This document shows positions 25,481 through 37,479 of a DNA stretch of 64,000 nucleotides, in pieces (position 1 is the stretch's first letter; every line of letters begins with the position of its first letter). The stretch spans positions 5,146,001 through 5,210,000 of the forward strand of contig NW_027252668.1 in assembly GCF_044704955.1 (NCBI RefSeq), read 5' to 3'. Source of the stretch: Pristiophorus japonicus (taxonomy: Eukaryota). The position numbers were made by a program, and so were the translations under genes. Below the pieces are notes generated by a model. It ran no database searches and was not told the DNA's origin. It saw only the letters and a program-made list of their open reading frames with translations.

Positions 25481-25657
25481 ATAGGTACTTACTCCCATAC
25501 CAGAGTGAGAGGCGCAATGATAGACACATACTCCCATACCAGAGAATGACAGGCTCAGAGATAGATACATACTCCCATATCGGACACTGACAGGCACACA
25601 GATAGATACATACTCCCATACTAGAGACTGACAGGCATGGAGATAGATGCATACTAC

Positions 25658-25971
25658 CATCATCGTCATAGGTAGTCCCTCGAGTCGAGGATGACTTGCT
25701 TCCACACCAAAAAGTTCAAAGGTGTTTCAATGAAGGACATAATATTCTAGGTCCCGAACTAAATCTTAAAAGGTGAAAGATTGCTGTGCGTGGATTTTTT
25801 TAATGTTTGGTGACCGTTGCACACCAGCCACCACACGGACATGACAGAGCTAGGTCTTGGTCCAGTGGCAAGATGACTGCAGACCAGCTCTGCTGCAAAG
25901 ACATATTGCGCACACATATTGCAGTGTGGGCTGGCCCATGCTGCCCCTGGGCCCTCGCCTCTTCTGGGGCG
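25658..25971 (-). mobile_element. Short RTE-like non-autonomous retroelement
   Basis: Minus-strand 3' end GGGACTACCTATGACGATGATG with (GAT)n tail, flanked by ATACT(A/C)CCAT duplication; second copy at 28331-28656. Confidence 0.55.
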
Positions 25972-26689
25972 ATACTCCCATACCAGAGACTGTCTTGCAC
26001 ACAGATCGATACATACTCGCGTACCAGAAACTGACAGGCACAGTGATAGATACTTACTCCCATACCAGTGAATGGAAGACAGAAAGATAGATACGTACTC
26101 CCATACCAGAGATTGACAGGCATAGAGATAGATACATACTGCCATACGTGACACTGACTGGCAAACAGAAAGATACATACGCCCAGACCAGAGAATGAAA
26201 GACACAGATAGATACATTCCCCCATACCAGAGACTGACATGCACAGAGATAGATACATACCACCATACCAGACACTGACAGAGATAGATACATACTCCCA
26301 TACCGGAGACTGATGGGCACACAGATAGATACTTAATCCCATACCAGGCACTGGCAGGGACAGAGAGAGATATATACTGACAGGCGCAGAGATAGATGCA
26401 CACTCCCAGACCAGAGACTGACTGGCACAGAGATAGATACATACTCCCATACCAGAAAATGACAGGCACACAGATAAATACATATTCCCATACCAGAGAA
26501 TAGCAGGCACAGAGATAGATACGTACTCCCGTACCAGAGACTGACCGGCATAGAGATAGATAAATACTCCCACACCAGACATTGACAGGCACAGTGAAAG
26601 ATACATACTCCCATACCAGAGATTGACAGGCATAGAGATAGATACATACACCCATACCGGACACTGACAGCACACAGATAGATACATAG

Positions 26690-28242
26690 ATAAAGATGAA
26701 ATAGCAGCACATTTGGAAAGTAGTGACAGAATCGGTCCAAGTCAGCATGGATTTATGAAAGGGAAATCAAGCTTGACAAATCGTCTGTAATTTTTTGAGG
26801 ATGTAACTAGTAGAGTGGACATGGGAGAACCAGTGGATGTGGTGTATTTGGACTTTCAAAAGGTTTTTGACAAGGTCCCACACAAGAGATTGGTGTGCAA
26901 AATTAAAGCACATGGTATTGGGGGTAATGTATTGACATGGATAGAGAACTGGTTGGCAGACAGGAAGCAGAGAGTCGAGATAAACGGGTCCTTTTCAGAT
27001 GACGGGCAGTGACTAGTGGGATGCCGGAGGGCTCAGTGCTGGGACCCCAGCTATTAACATTAATGATTGAGATGAAGGAATTGAGTGTAATATTTCAAGT
27101 TTGCAGATGACACTGAACTGGGTGGCGGTGTGAGCTGTGAGGAGGCTGCAGGGTGACTTGGACAGGTTAGGTGAGTGGGCAAATGCATGACGGATGCAGT
27201 ACAATGTGGATAAATGTGACGTAATCCACTTTGGGGGCAAAAACACGAAGGCAGAATATTATCTGAATGGTGGCAGATTAGGAAAAGGAGAGGTGCAACG
27301 AGAGCTGGGTGTCATGGTACATCAGCCATTGAAAGTTGGCATGCAGATACAGCAGGTGGTGAAGAAGGCAAATAGTATGTTGGCCTTCGTAGCTTGGGGT
27401 TTTGAGTATAGGAACAGGGAGGTCTTACTACAGTTGTACAGGGCCTTGGTGAGGCCTCACCTGGAATATTGTGTGCAGTTTTGGTGGTCTAATCTGAAGA
27501 AGGATGTTCTTGCTATTGAGGGAGTGCAGCGAAGGTTCACCAGACTGATTCCCAGGATGGCTGGACTGATATGAGGAGCCATGACCTTGTTGAATGACGG
27601 AGCAGGCTTCAGGGGTTAGATGCCCTACTCCTGTTCCTAATTCTTATGTTCTTATGAGAGACTGGATCGACTGGGCCCGTATTTACTGGAGTTTCGAAGG
27701 ATGAGAGGGGATCTCATGGAAACATATAAAATTCTGACGGGACTGGACTGGACAGGTTAGATGCAGAAGGAATGCTTCCGATGTTGGGGATGTCCCGTAC
27801 CAGAGACTGACAGGCACAGAGATAGATGCATACTCCCATACCAGACACTGACAGGCACAGAGCTAGATACATACTCCCATACCAGACACTGACAGGCATA
27901 GATAGATACATACTCCCAGACCAGAGACTGGGGAAGTCCAGAACCAGAGGACATAGTCTTAGGATAAGGGGTAGGCCATTTAGGACTGAGATGAGGAGAA
28001 ACTTCTTCACTCAGAGTTGTTGACCTGTGGAATTCCCTACCGCAGAGAGTTGTTGATGCCAGTTCATTGGATATATTCAAGAGAGAGTTAGATATGGCCC
28101 TTACGGCTAAAGGAATCAAGGGGTATGGAGAGAAAGCAGGAAAGGGGTACTGAGGTGAAGGATCAGCCATGATCTTATTGAATGGTGGTGTAGGCTCGAC
28201 GGGCCGAAAGGCCTACTCCTGCACCTATTTTCTATGTTTCTA
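26690..28242 (+). mobile_element. CR1-type LINE with nested CR1 tail and satellite insert
   Basis: [22 protein letters not shown] and tail TTTCTATGTTTCTAT; inserts at about 27578-27656 and 27790-27929. Confidence 0.92.
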
Positions 28243-28330
28243 TAGTCCCATACCAGAGACTGCCAGGCACAGAGATAGATACATACTCCTATACCAGAGA
28301 CTGACAGGCACAGAGATAGGTACATACTCC

Positions 28331-28656
28331 CATCATCATCATAGGCAGTCCCTCAAGTCGAGGATGACTTGCTTCCACACCATAAAGTTCACAGGTGTTT
28401 GAATGAAGGACCTAATATTCCAGGTCCTGAACTAAATCTTGAAGGGTGGAAGATGCCTGTGCGTGGATTTTTTTATCGTGTGGTGGCCGTTACACACCAG
28501 CCACCACACGGACTTGACAGAGCTAGGTCTTGGTCTAGTGGCAAGGATTAACCAAGGCGACTGGAAACCGCCTCTGCTGCAAGGACATCGTGCGCACACA
28601 TATCGCAGTGTGGGCTGGCCCATGCTGCCTCTGGGCCCTCGCCTCTTCTGGGGCGA
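28331..28656 (-). mobile_element. Short RTE-like non-autonomous retroelement (second copy)
   Basis: CATCATCATCATAGGCAGTCCCTC...CTCTTCTGGGGCG, homologous to 25658-25971. Confidence 0.55.
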
Positions 28657-29214
28657 TACTCCCAAACCAGAGACTGACAGCACACCGATAGATACATACT
28701 CCCATACCAGACACTGACAAGCATAGAGATAGATACATACTCCCACATTTGACACTGACAGGCACAGAGACAGATAAGTACTCCCGTACCAGATCGTGTA
28801 GGCACAGAGACAGATATGTACTCCCGTACCAGATCGTGTAGGCACAGAGACAGATACGTACTCCCGTACCAGATCGTGTAGGCACAGAGACAGATACGTA
28901 CTCCCGTACAAGATCGTGTAGGCACAGAGACAGATACGTACTCCCGTACCAGATCGTGTAGGCACAGAGACAGATACGTACTCCCATACCACAGATTGTA
29001 GGCACAGAGACAGATACGTACTCCCATACCAGAGACTGACAGCGCAGAGATAGTTACGCAGTCCCATATCAGAGACTGACAGATACAGTGATAGACGCAT
29101 ACTCCCATACCTGAGACTGACGGGCACAGAGTTAGATACAAACTCCCATACCCGACACTGTCAGGCACACAGATTGCTACATAGTCCCATACCAGCAACT
29201 GACAGGCACAGAGA

Positions 29215-29712
29215 AAGTTACTTGCAGTCGGAATCAGGTGAATTTATAATGAGGAACAAAGAAATGGCAGATCAATTGAACAAATACTTCGGTTCTGTCT
29301 TCACGAAGGAAGACACAAATAATCTTCCGAATGTACTAGGGGATAGTGGGGCTAGCGAGAAGAAGGAACTGAAGGATATCCTTATTGGGCGGGAAATTGT
29401 GTTAGGGAAATTGATGGGATTGAAGGCCAATAAATCCCCGGGACCTGATCGTCTGCATCCCAGAGTACTTAAGGAAGTGGCCTTAGAAATAGTGGGTGCA
29501 TGGTGATCATTTTCCAACATTCTATTGACTCTGGATCAATTCCTATAGACTGGAGGGTAGCTAATGTAACACCACTTTTTAAAAAAGGAGGGAAAGAGAA
29601 AACAGGGAATTATAGACTGGTTATCCTGACGTCGGTGGTGGGGAAAATGTTGGAATCAATCATTAAGGATGAAATAGCAGCGCATTTGGAAAGCTGACAG
29701 GATCGGGCCAAG
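29215..29712 (+). mobile_element. CR1-type LINE internal fragment
   Basis: LNKYFGSVFT...KSPGPDRLHPRVLKE...ANVTPLFKKG. Confidence 0.9.
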
Positions 29713-29729
29713 GCGAAGTTTTTACACGT

Positions 29730-30065
29730 GCCTGTCAATCCCACACTGACACACTGTACCAGAGAGTGACAGATATAGTGTCTTTACTATATTCCCCAGT
29801 CAATCCCACACTGACACACTGCACCAGAGAGTGACAGATACAGTGTCTTTACTATACTCCCAGTCAATCCCACACTGACACACTGTACCAGACTGTGACA
29901 GATACAGTGTCTTTACAATACTCCGTCAATCCAACACTGACACACTGTACCAGAGAGTGACAGATACAGTGTCTTTACTATAGTCCCAGTCAATCTCACA
30001 CTGACACACTGTACCAGACAGTGACAGATACAGTATCTATCCTACACTGACCAGTGAATCCCACG
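29730..30065. repeat. 62/64-bp satellite (short array)
   Basis: AGTCAATCCCACACTGACACACTGTACCAGASAGTGACAGAT(AC)AGTGTCTTTACTATACTCCC. Confidence 0.92.
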
Positions 30066-30448
30066 TTAGCACACAGAACCTGAGTGACAGAGGCAGTGTC
30101 TGTCCCACACGCGATGATTAACCCCAGCACAGTAGACGGCTCTGCAAAGGAACGTTTGGTTGAAATGGATTGCCCAGTAATGTCTATCCCACACTCAGTG
30201 ATTAACCCCACTGTTCACACTAGAATCGGGTGAGCGCCTCCACCTGCTTTTAATGGTTGTTTGGAGTTTTCAGCCGGGCCAATAAAATACTTTGCAATAG
30301 TTTAAGCTGAACATAAACATGGTTCTGAGCAATCTCTGGAATTTAAAATGGGTTCTGCTAAATGATTGTCACTTGTTGCAGCACTCGCTTTCAGCCAGGA
30401 GATGGCAGCAACCTCTAACAGTTCGGAGTGTGCAGGTTGTGTCCACAC

Positions 30449-30511
30449 ATCTAGACGGGCATTAGTCTGGTACTGCCCGGGGAGCTGGCCAAGCACACCA
30501 GCTCCAAGTAA
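30449..30511 (+). pseudogene. H2B 3' fragment with internal deletion
   Basis: CTGCCCGGGGAGCTGGCCAAGCAC joined to ACCAGCTCCAAGTAA ([12 protein letters not shown]); copies at 35493-35555 and 40501-40563. Confidence 0.7.
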
Positions 30512-30636
30512 ATCTCCACAAATTCCTGACAAAAAAACAGAAAACACCACGATTGACATACAAGAAACGGGCAGATGCAGGTTAAAATCCCAACTCCAGT
30601 GATTCACAACCCTCTGAGTGAACAAATTTTTGAATG

Positions 30637-31880
30637 TGGAATTTTTTGAGGATGTAACTAGTAGAGTGGACAAGGGAGAACCAGTGGATGTGGTGTATTT
30701 GGACTTTCAAAAGGCTTTTGACAAGGTCCCGCACAAGAGTTTGGTGTACAAAATCAAAGCGTATGGTATTGGGGGTAATGTACTGACGTGGATAGAGAAC
30801 TGGTTGGCAGACAGGAAGCAGAGAGTCGGGATAAACGGGTCCTTTTCAGAATGGCAGGCAGTTACTCGTGGGGTGCCGCAGGGCTCAGTGCTGGGACCTC
30901 AGCTCTTTACAATATACATTAACAATTTGGATGAAGGAATAGAGTGTAATATCTCCAAGTTTGCGGATGAGACTAAACTGGGTGGTGGTGTGAACTGTGA
31001 GGAGGACGCTAAGAGGCTGCAGGGTGACTTGGACAGATTAGATGAGTGGGCAACTACATAGCAGATGCAGTATAATGTGGATAAATGTGAGGTTATCCAT
31101 TTTGGGGGCAAAAACATGAAGGCACAATATTTGAATGGCGGCAGACTAGAAAAAGGGGAGGTGCAACGAGACCTGGATGTCATGGTTCATCAGTCACTGA
31201 AAGTGGGCACGCAGGTACAGCAGGCGGTAAAGAAGGCAAATGGTATGTTGGCCTTCATAGCTAGGGGATTTGAATATAGGAGCAGGGAGGTCTTACTGCA
31301 ATTGTACAGGGCCTTAGTGAGGCCTCACCTGGAATATTGTGCACGGTTTTGGTCTCCTAGTCTGAGGAAGGATGTTCTTGCTATTGGGGAGTGCAGCGAA
31401 GGTTCACCAGACTGATTCCAGGGATGGCTGGGCTGTCATATGAGGAGAGACTGGATCAACTGAGCCTTTATTCACTGGCGTTTAGAAGGATGAGAGGTGA
31501 TCTCATAGAAACATATAAGATTCTGACGGGGCTGGACAGATTAGGTGCGGGAAAAATGTTCTCGATGTTGGGGAAGTCCAGAACCAGGGGACATAATCTT
31601 AGGATAAGGGGTAAGCCATTTAGGAGTGAGATGAGGAGAAACTTCTTCACTCAGAGAGTTGTTGACCTGTGGAATCCCCTGCCGCAGAGAGTTGTTGATG
31701 CCAGTTCATTGGATATATTCAAGAGGGAGTTAGATATGGCCCTTACGTTTAAGGGGATCAAGGGCTATAGAGAGAAAGCAGAAAAGGAGTACTGAAGCAA
31801 TGATCAGCCATGATCTTATTGAATGGCGGTGCAGGCTTGAAGGTCCGAATGGCCTACTCCTGCACCTATTTTCTATATTT
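30637..31880 (+). mobile_element. CR1-type LINE (RT to 3' end)
   Basis: ORFs 30618-31061, 31065-31415 and 31391-31795 with [17 protein letters not shown] and FADET; very similar to the inverted copy at 24300-25480. Confidence 0.93.
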
Positions 31881-32910
31881 CCATACTCCCATAGCAGAGA
31901 CAAACAGGCACACAGATAGATACTTACTCCCATACCAGACACTGACAGGGCACAGATAGATACATACTCCCATACCCGACACTGACAGGGCACAGATAGA
32001 AACATACTCTCATACCTGAGGCTGACACTCACACAGATAGATACATACTCCCACACCAGCGACTGACAGGTACAGAGATAGATACATACTCCCACACCAG
32101 CGACTGACAGGTACAGAGATAGATACATACTCCCACACCAGCGACTGACAGGTACAGAGATAGATACATACTCCCATACCCGACACTGACAGGGCACAGA
32201 TAGAAACATACACTCATACCTGAGGCTGACACGCACACAGATAGATACATACTCCCACACCAGCGACTGACAGGCACAGAGATAGATACATACTCCTATA
32301 CCAGAAACTGACAGGTACCGAGATAGATACATACTCCCACACCAGCGACTTACAGCGCACAGATAGATACATACTCCCATACGAGAGACTGAGAGGTACA
32401 GAGATAGATACATGCTCCCATACCAGACACTGACAGGCACAGAGGTGGATACATACTACATAACAGCTTCTGACAGGTACAGACATATATACGTGCTCCC
32501 ATACCAGTGACTGACAGGCACAGAGACAGATACATACACCCATACCAGACATTGACAGATTCAAAATAAAAATGACTCTTGCATACAATAACTGCCTGGT
32601 AGAATAAAACCAGCGAATGACACATACATTGTAAATTACTAACTCACTTACTTGAAATCACCAGATACAGAATAAAACCCACACTCGCATACCAAAAACT
32701 GACAGATACAGAGTAAAGACCAACCTCACTTACCAGTAATTGCCATGTACAGGGTAATAACCTCTCTTCCATACCAGGCACTGACAGACACACCGATAGA
32801 TACATACTCCCATACCAGAGACTGACAGGCACACCGATAGATACATACTCCCATACCAGAGACTTTCAGGATCACCAATAGATACATACTCCCAGACCAG
32901 AGACTGACAG
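31881..32910. repeat. 41-bp satellite array
   Basis: Same unit as at 23440, with local variant CCACACCAGCGACTGACAGGTACAGAG. Confidence 0.92.
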
Positions 32911-33223
32911 ATTCAAAGGAAAACCGTCTCTGAATTAGGTAGAAACTGGCAGTTATAGGATAAGACCCAGACTAATAAATCAGAAGATGACAAATACAGA
33001 ATAAAATCCAGACTCCCATAACAGACACTGCCAGATACAGAGTAAAGTCCACACGCACATACCAGGGACCGATAGATACAGAGCGACACTCTCGCTCACG
33101 TACCAGAGAGAAACAGACTAAATCCCACAATCGCAAAGCTGAAAATGACAGATACAAAGTACTCCCCTCTATTCTGTATCAATAATTGACAGGTTGAAAG
33201 GAAAATGAATACTGATATATCAA

Positions 33224-33422
33224 AGAAAATGCTGTAAATCTCAGCGGGTCAGGCAGCATCAGTGGAGAGAGGAACAGAGTTAATATTTCAGGTGGATGAG
33301 CCTTTGTCATCGAACTGAAACGTTAACTCTCTCTCTCTCTCCACAGATGCTGCCTGACCCGCTGAGATTGCCAGCATTTTCTGATTATTTCCGATTCCAG
33401 CATCCACAGTATTTTGCTTTTA
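33224..33422. mobile_element. Penelope-like inverted-repeat (palindromic) remnant
   Basis: About 65-bp arms: AGAAAATGCTG...CTCAGCGGGTCAGGCAGCATC...AGAGTTAA versus TTAACTCT...GATGCTGCCTGACCCGCTGAG...CAGCATTTTCT. The palindrome is seen directly; the Penelope assignment is by recognition. Confidence 0.65.
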
Positions 33423-33734
33423 TACTCGACTATCATAATAAACATAAGAACATAAGAAATAGGAGCAGGACTGGTACGGAATAAAACACACCGTCATATC
33501 AAACACTGACAGATACAGAGTAAAAGTCATCATCACATACCAGAGGTGGGCTGATACAGAATAAAGTCCATAATCACAAACCCGGTTCCAATACAGTACA
33601 TAGAAACCCCCCACAATAATCAGAGAATGTGTGTAAAGATTAAAATCCACACTCACAAATGAGAAATTCACAGGTATTGATTAAAACACTCACTTATATA
33701 TCCCAAACAGAAAGTGGATTAAAATTTGACTGGA

Positions 33735-33807
33735 TCCGATGGCCGTGAATTGAACCCAGATCAACTAGCTTGGAAGGCAGCTGTGCTCACCACTCTACCA
33801 CCATCAC
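33735..33807 (-). tRNA. tRNA-Gly(TCC) pseudogene
   Basis: Reverse complement GTGATGGTGGTAGAGTGGTGAGCACAGCTGCCTTCCAAGCTAGTTGATCTGGGTTCAATTCACGGCCATCGGA; 1-nt insertion in the anticodon stem and a mispaired acceptor stem. Confidence 0.8.
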
Positions 33808-33849
33808 ACGCATCAAGCGGGAAAGCATCGCTTTCTGTTTTTACACGTG

Positions 33850-34860
33850 CCTGTCAATCCCACACTGACACACTGTACCAGACAGTGACAGATAGTGTCT
33901 TTACTATACTCCCAGTCAATCCCACACTGACACACTGTACCAGACAGTGACAGATAGTGTCTTTACTATACTCCCAGTCAATCCCACACTGACACACTGT
34001 ACCAGACAGTGACAGATAGTGTCTTTACTATACTCCCAGTCAATCCCACACTGACACACTGTACCAGAGAGTGACATATACAGTGTCTTTACTATACTCC
34101 GTCAATCCCACACTGACACACTGTACCAGAGAGTGACATATACAGTGTATTTACTATACTCCCCAGTCAATCACACACTGACACACTGTGACAGATAGTG
34201 TCTTTACTTTCCGCCCAGTCAATCCCACACTGACACACTGTACCAGAGAGTGACAGATAGTGTCTTTACTATACTCCCAGTCAATCCCACACTGACACAC
34301 TGTACCAGAGAGTGACAGATACAGTGTCTTTACTACACTCCCCGTCAATCACACACTGTACCAGAGAGTGACAGATAGTGTCTTTACTATACTCCCAGTC
34401 AATCCCACACTGACACACTGTACCAGACAGTGACCGATACAGTGTCTTTACTATACTCCCCATCAATCACACACTGACACACTGTACCAGAGAGTGACAG
34501 ATAGTGTCTTTACTATACTCCCAGTCAATCCCACACTGACACACTGTACCAGAGAGTGACAGATACAGTGTCTTTACTTTCCTCCCAGTCAATCCCACAC
34601 TGACACACTGTACCAGAGAGTGACAGATAGTGTCTTTACTATACTCCCAGTCAATCCCACACTGACACACTGTACCAGAGAGTGACAGATAGTGTCTTTA
34701 CTTTCCTCCCAGTCAATCCCACACTGACACACTGTACCAGACAGTGACAGATAGTGTCTTTACTATACTCCCAGCCAATCCCACACTGACACACTGTACC
34801 AGACAGTGACAGATACAGTATCTATCCTACACTGACCAGTGAATCCCACATTAGCACACA
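33850..34860. repeat. 62/64-bp satellite, about 16 copies
   Basis: Highly homogeneous tandem units as at 29730. Confidence 0.97.
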
Positions 34861-34883
34861 GTACCTGAGTGACAGAGGCAGTG

Positions 34884-35137
34884 TGTAGTGTCTCTGCACC
34901 TTATTACAAACTCGCACGAGGCATGGATATATCAGACACGGTCACTCTGTGACCTTCACTTTATTCCCAGGACTTAAGATTGTTGATCCTGGGTGGGACC
35001 TCCCCTTTTGTACCTAGAAGCCCGGGTGAGGAGCTAACTCCCTGTGGTCAGGGTGTGCATTACAAGGGTACAGGTACAGTATGCATGAGTTACAGCTACA
35101 TACTTATAGCCATTGCAAGATGGTGAAATACATGACA
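34884..35137. mobile_element. Solo LTR (254 bp)
   Basis: TGT...ACA termini and 5-bp TSD CAGTG/CAATG; the paralogous sites near 30096 and 40162 read GGCAGTGTCTGTCCC without the insert. Confidence 0.82.
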
Positions 35138-35492
35138 CAATGTCTGTCCCACACTCAATCATTAACCCCAGCACAGTACACGGCTCTGCAAAGGCACGTT
35201 TGGTTGAAATGGATTGTCCAGTAATGTCTATCCCACACTCCGTGATTAACCCCACTGTTCACACTAGAATCGGGTGAGCGCCTCCACCTGCTTTTAATGC
35301 TTGTTTGGAGTTTTCAGCCGGACCAATAAAATACTTTGCAATAGTTTAAGCTGAACATAAACATGGTTCTGAGCAATCTCTGGAATTTAAAATGGGTTCT
35401 GCTGAATGATTGTCACTTGTTGCAGCACTCACTTTCAGCCAGGAGATGGCAGCAACCTCTAACAGTTAGGAGTGTGCAGATTGTGTCCACAC

Positions 35493-35555
35493 ATCTCGAC
35501 GGGCATTAGTCTGGTACTACCCGGGGAGCTGTCCAAGCACACCAGCTCCAAGTAA
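35493..35555 (+). pseudogene. H2B 3' fragment
   Basis: CCGGGGAGCTGTCCAAGCACACCAGCTCCAAGTAA. Confidence 0.65.
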
Positions 35556-35559
35556 ATTT

Positions 35560-36470
35560 CCACAAATTACTGACAAAAAACCCAGAAAACACCACGATTC
35601 ACATACAAGAAACTGACAGATGCAGGTTAAAATCCCAACTCCAGGTCCGGAAACTGGCAGGTACTGATTAAAACCCACACTCGCATAGTAGAAACAGACA
35701 GGTTGAACAGAAAACCCATATTTATGTAACAGAGATTGACAGGTACAGATAAAATCCACATTCCCTGACAAGACACTGGCAGGTACTGATTAAAACCCTT
35801 ACTCATTCATATAACAGAAATGTACAGGTACAGCACAAAACTCAGACTAAGGTATCACAACCTGACAGGTACACAGTGAAAAAAAGCACAATCACATCCC
35901 AGAAACTGCTAATACAGTGTAAGAGTCACATAACAGAAACTGAGAGGTGCAGAATGAAACGCCACTCAAATACCAGAAACTGAGAGATACAGTGCGTAAC
36001 CTACATTCGTATACCAGAAACAGGGAGTAAAACACATGCTCACATCCCAGAGATTGGAAGGTGCAAATAAAACCCAACACATATACCAGAAACTGACAGG
36101 TTCAGAGTGAAACTCACACTTTCATACCAGAGATGCACAATACAGAGTAAAACTCTAACTAACAGAGTAAAACCCTAACTAACACACCACAAACTGAAGA
36201 TAGTGGGGGAGAAACATTCACATATCAGAGACATACAGATGAAGATTGAAACCCACACTCATGCACCATGCACTTCGAGATTCAGAGTAAACCCTTCTCA
36301 GCAGAAATTGACAGGTAGAAAGGAAACCCCACACTCCTGTATCAGAAACTGACTAATACAGAGTAAAACCAATATTAGCATACCAGAGACCGACGGGTGG
36401 AGAGAAGGATCCATGTTCACAATACAGACACTGACTGATGCAGAGTAAAATTCACACCCACATACCAGAG
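35560..36470. repeat. Diverged ~41-bp satellite
   Basis: Recurring ACCAGAAACTGACAGGTACAGA...AAACCCACACTC. Confidence 0.75.
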
Positions 36471-36471
36471 A

Positions 36472-37475
36472 CAACTATGCAGTTGAAGTGGTGTACATGG
36501 ATTTCCAAAAGGCATTCGACAAAGTGCCACATATTTGCTTGTAAACCTAAGTTGAAGCCCATGGAATAAAAGGGACAGTGGCAGCATGGATAAGAAATGA
36601 GGTAAGTGACAGGAGTGAGAATGGTTTTATTTCGGACTGGAGGAAGGTACACAGTGATGTTCCCCAAGGGTCAGTATTGGACCAGTGCTTTGCTTGATAC
36701 ATATTAATGACTTGGATGTGAGTGTACAGGGCCCAATTTCAAAACTTGCAGATGACACAAAACTTGGAAATATAGGGAACAGTGAGGAGCACAGTGATAG
36801 ACTTCAGGATGACATAGGCAGGTTGGTAGAATGGGCGGACACGTGGCAGATGAAATTTAACGCAGAAACGTGTGAATGATACATTTTGGTAGAAAGAACG
36901 AGGAGAAGCAATATAAACGAAAGGGTACAATTCGAAAGTGGGTGCATGAACAGAGACCTGGGGGTATATGTGCACAGATTGTTGGACATGGCAGGGCAGG
37001 TTGAGGAAGTGGTTAAAAAAGCTTCCGGGACCCAGAGCTTCATGAATAGAGGTATATAGTACAAAAGCGTGGAACATATGATGAACCTGTATAAAACACT
37101 GGTTCGGCCTCAACTGGGAACCACAATTTAGGAAGGATGTGAAGGCCTTGGAGAGGGTGCAGCAAAGATTAACGAGAATGATTCCAGGGATCAGGGACTT
37201 CAGTCACATGGACAGACTAGAGAAGTTGGCGTTGTTCTCCATGGAGCAGAGTAGATTTGGAGAAAATGTGATAGAGGTGTTCAAAATCATTAGGGATCTG
37301 GACAGAGATAGAGGGAAACTGTTCCCAGTGGCATAAGGGTCGAGAACCAGAGGACACAGATTTAAGCTGATAGACAAATGAACCAAAGGCACCATTAGAA
37401 AAAACATGTTTAAACAGCGAGTGGTCAACATCTGGAATGCACTGCCAGAAAGGGTGGTGGAGGCAGACTCAATCA
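36472..37475 (+). mobile_element. Older CR1-type LINE fragment
   Basis: [20 protein letters not shown] and QRVVNIWNALPERVVEA in broken frames. Confidence 0.85.
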
Positions 37476-37479
37476 CACT

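Larger units (their letters stand above)
23440..29210. repeat. 41-bp satellite array interrupted by CR1 and RTE-like insertions
   Basis: Consensus CTCCCATACCAGAGACTGACAGGCACAGAGATAGATACATA in blocks about 23440-24300, 25485-25655, 25975-26690, 27790-27930, 28245-28330 and 28655-29210. Confidence 0.95.
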
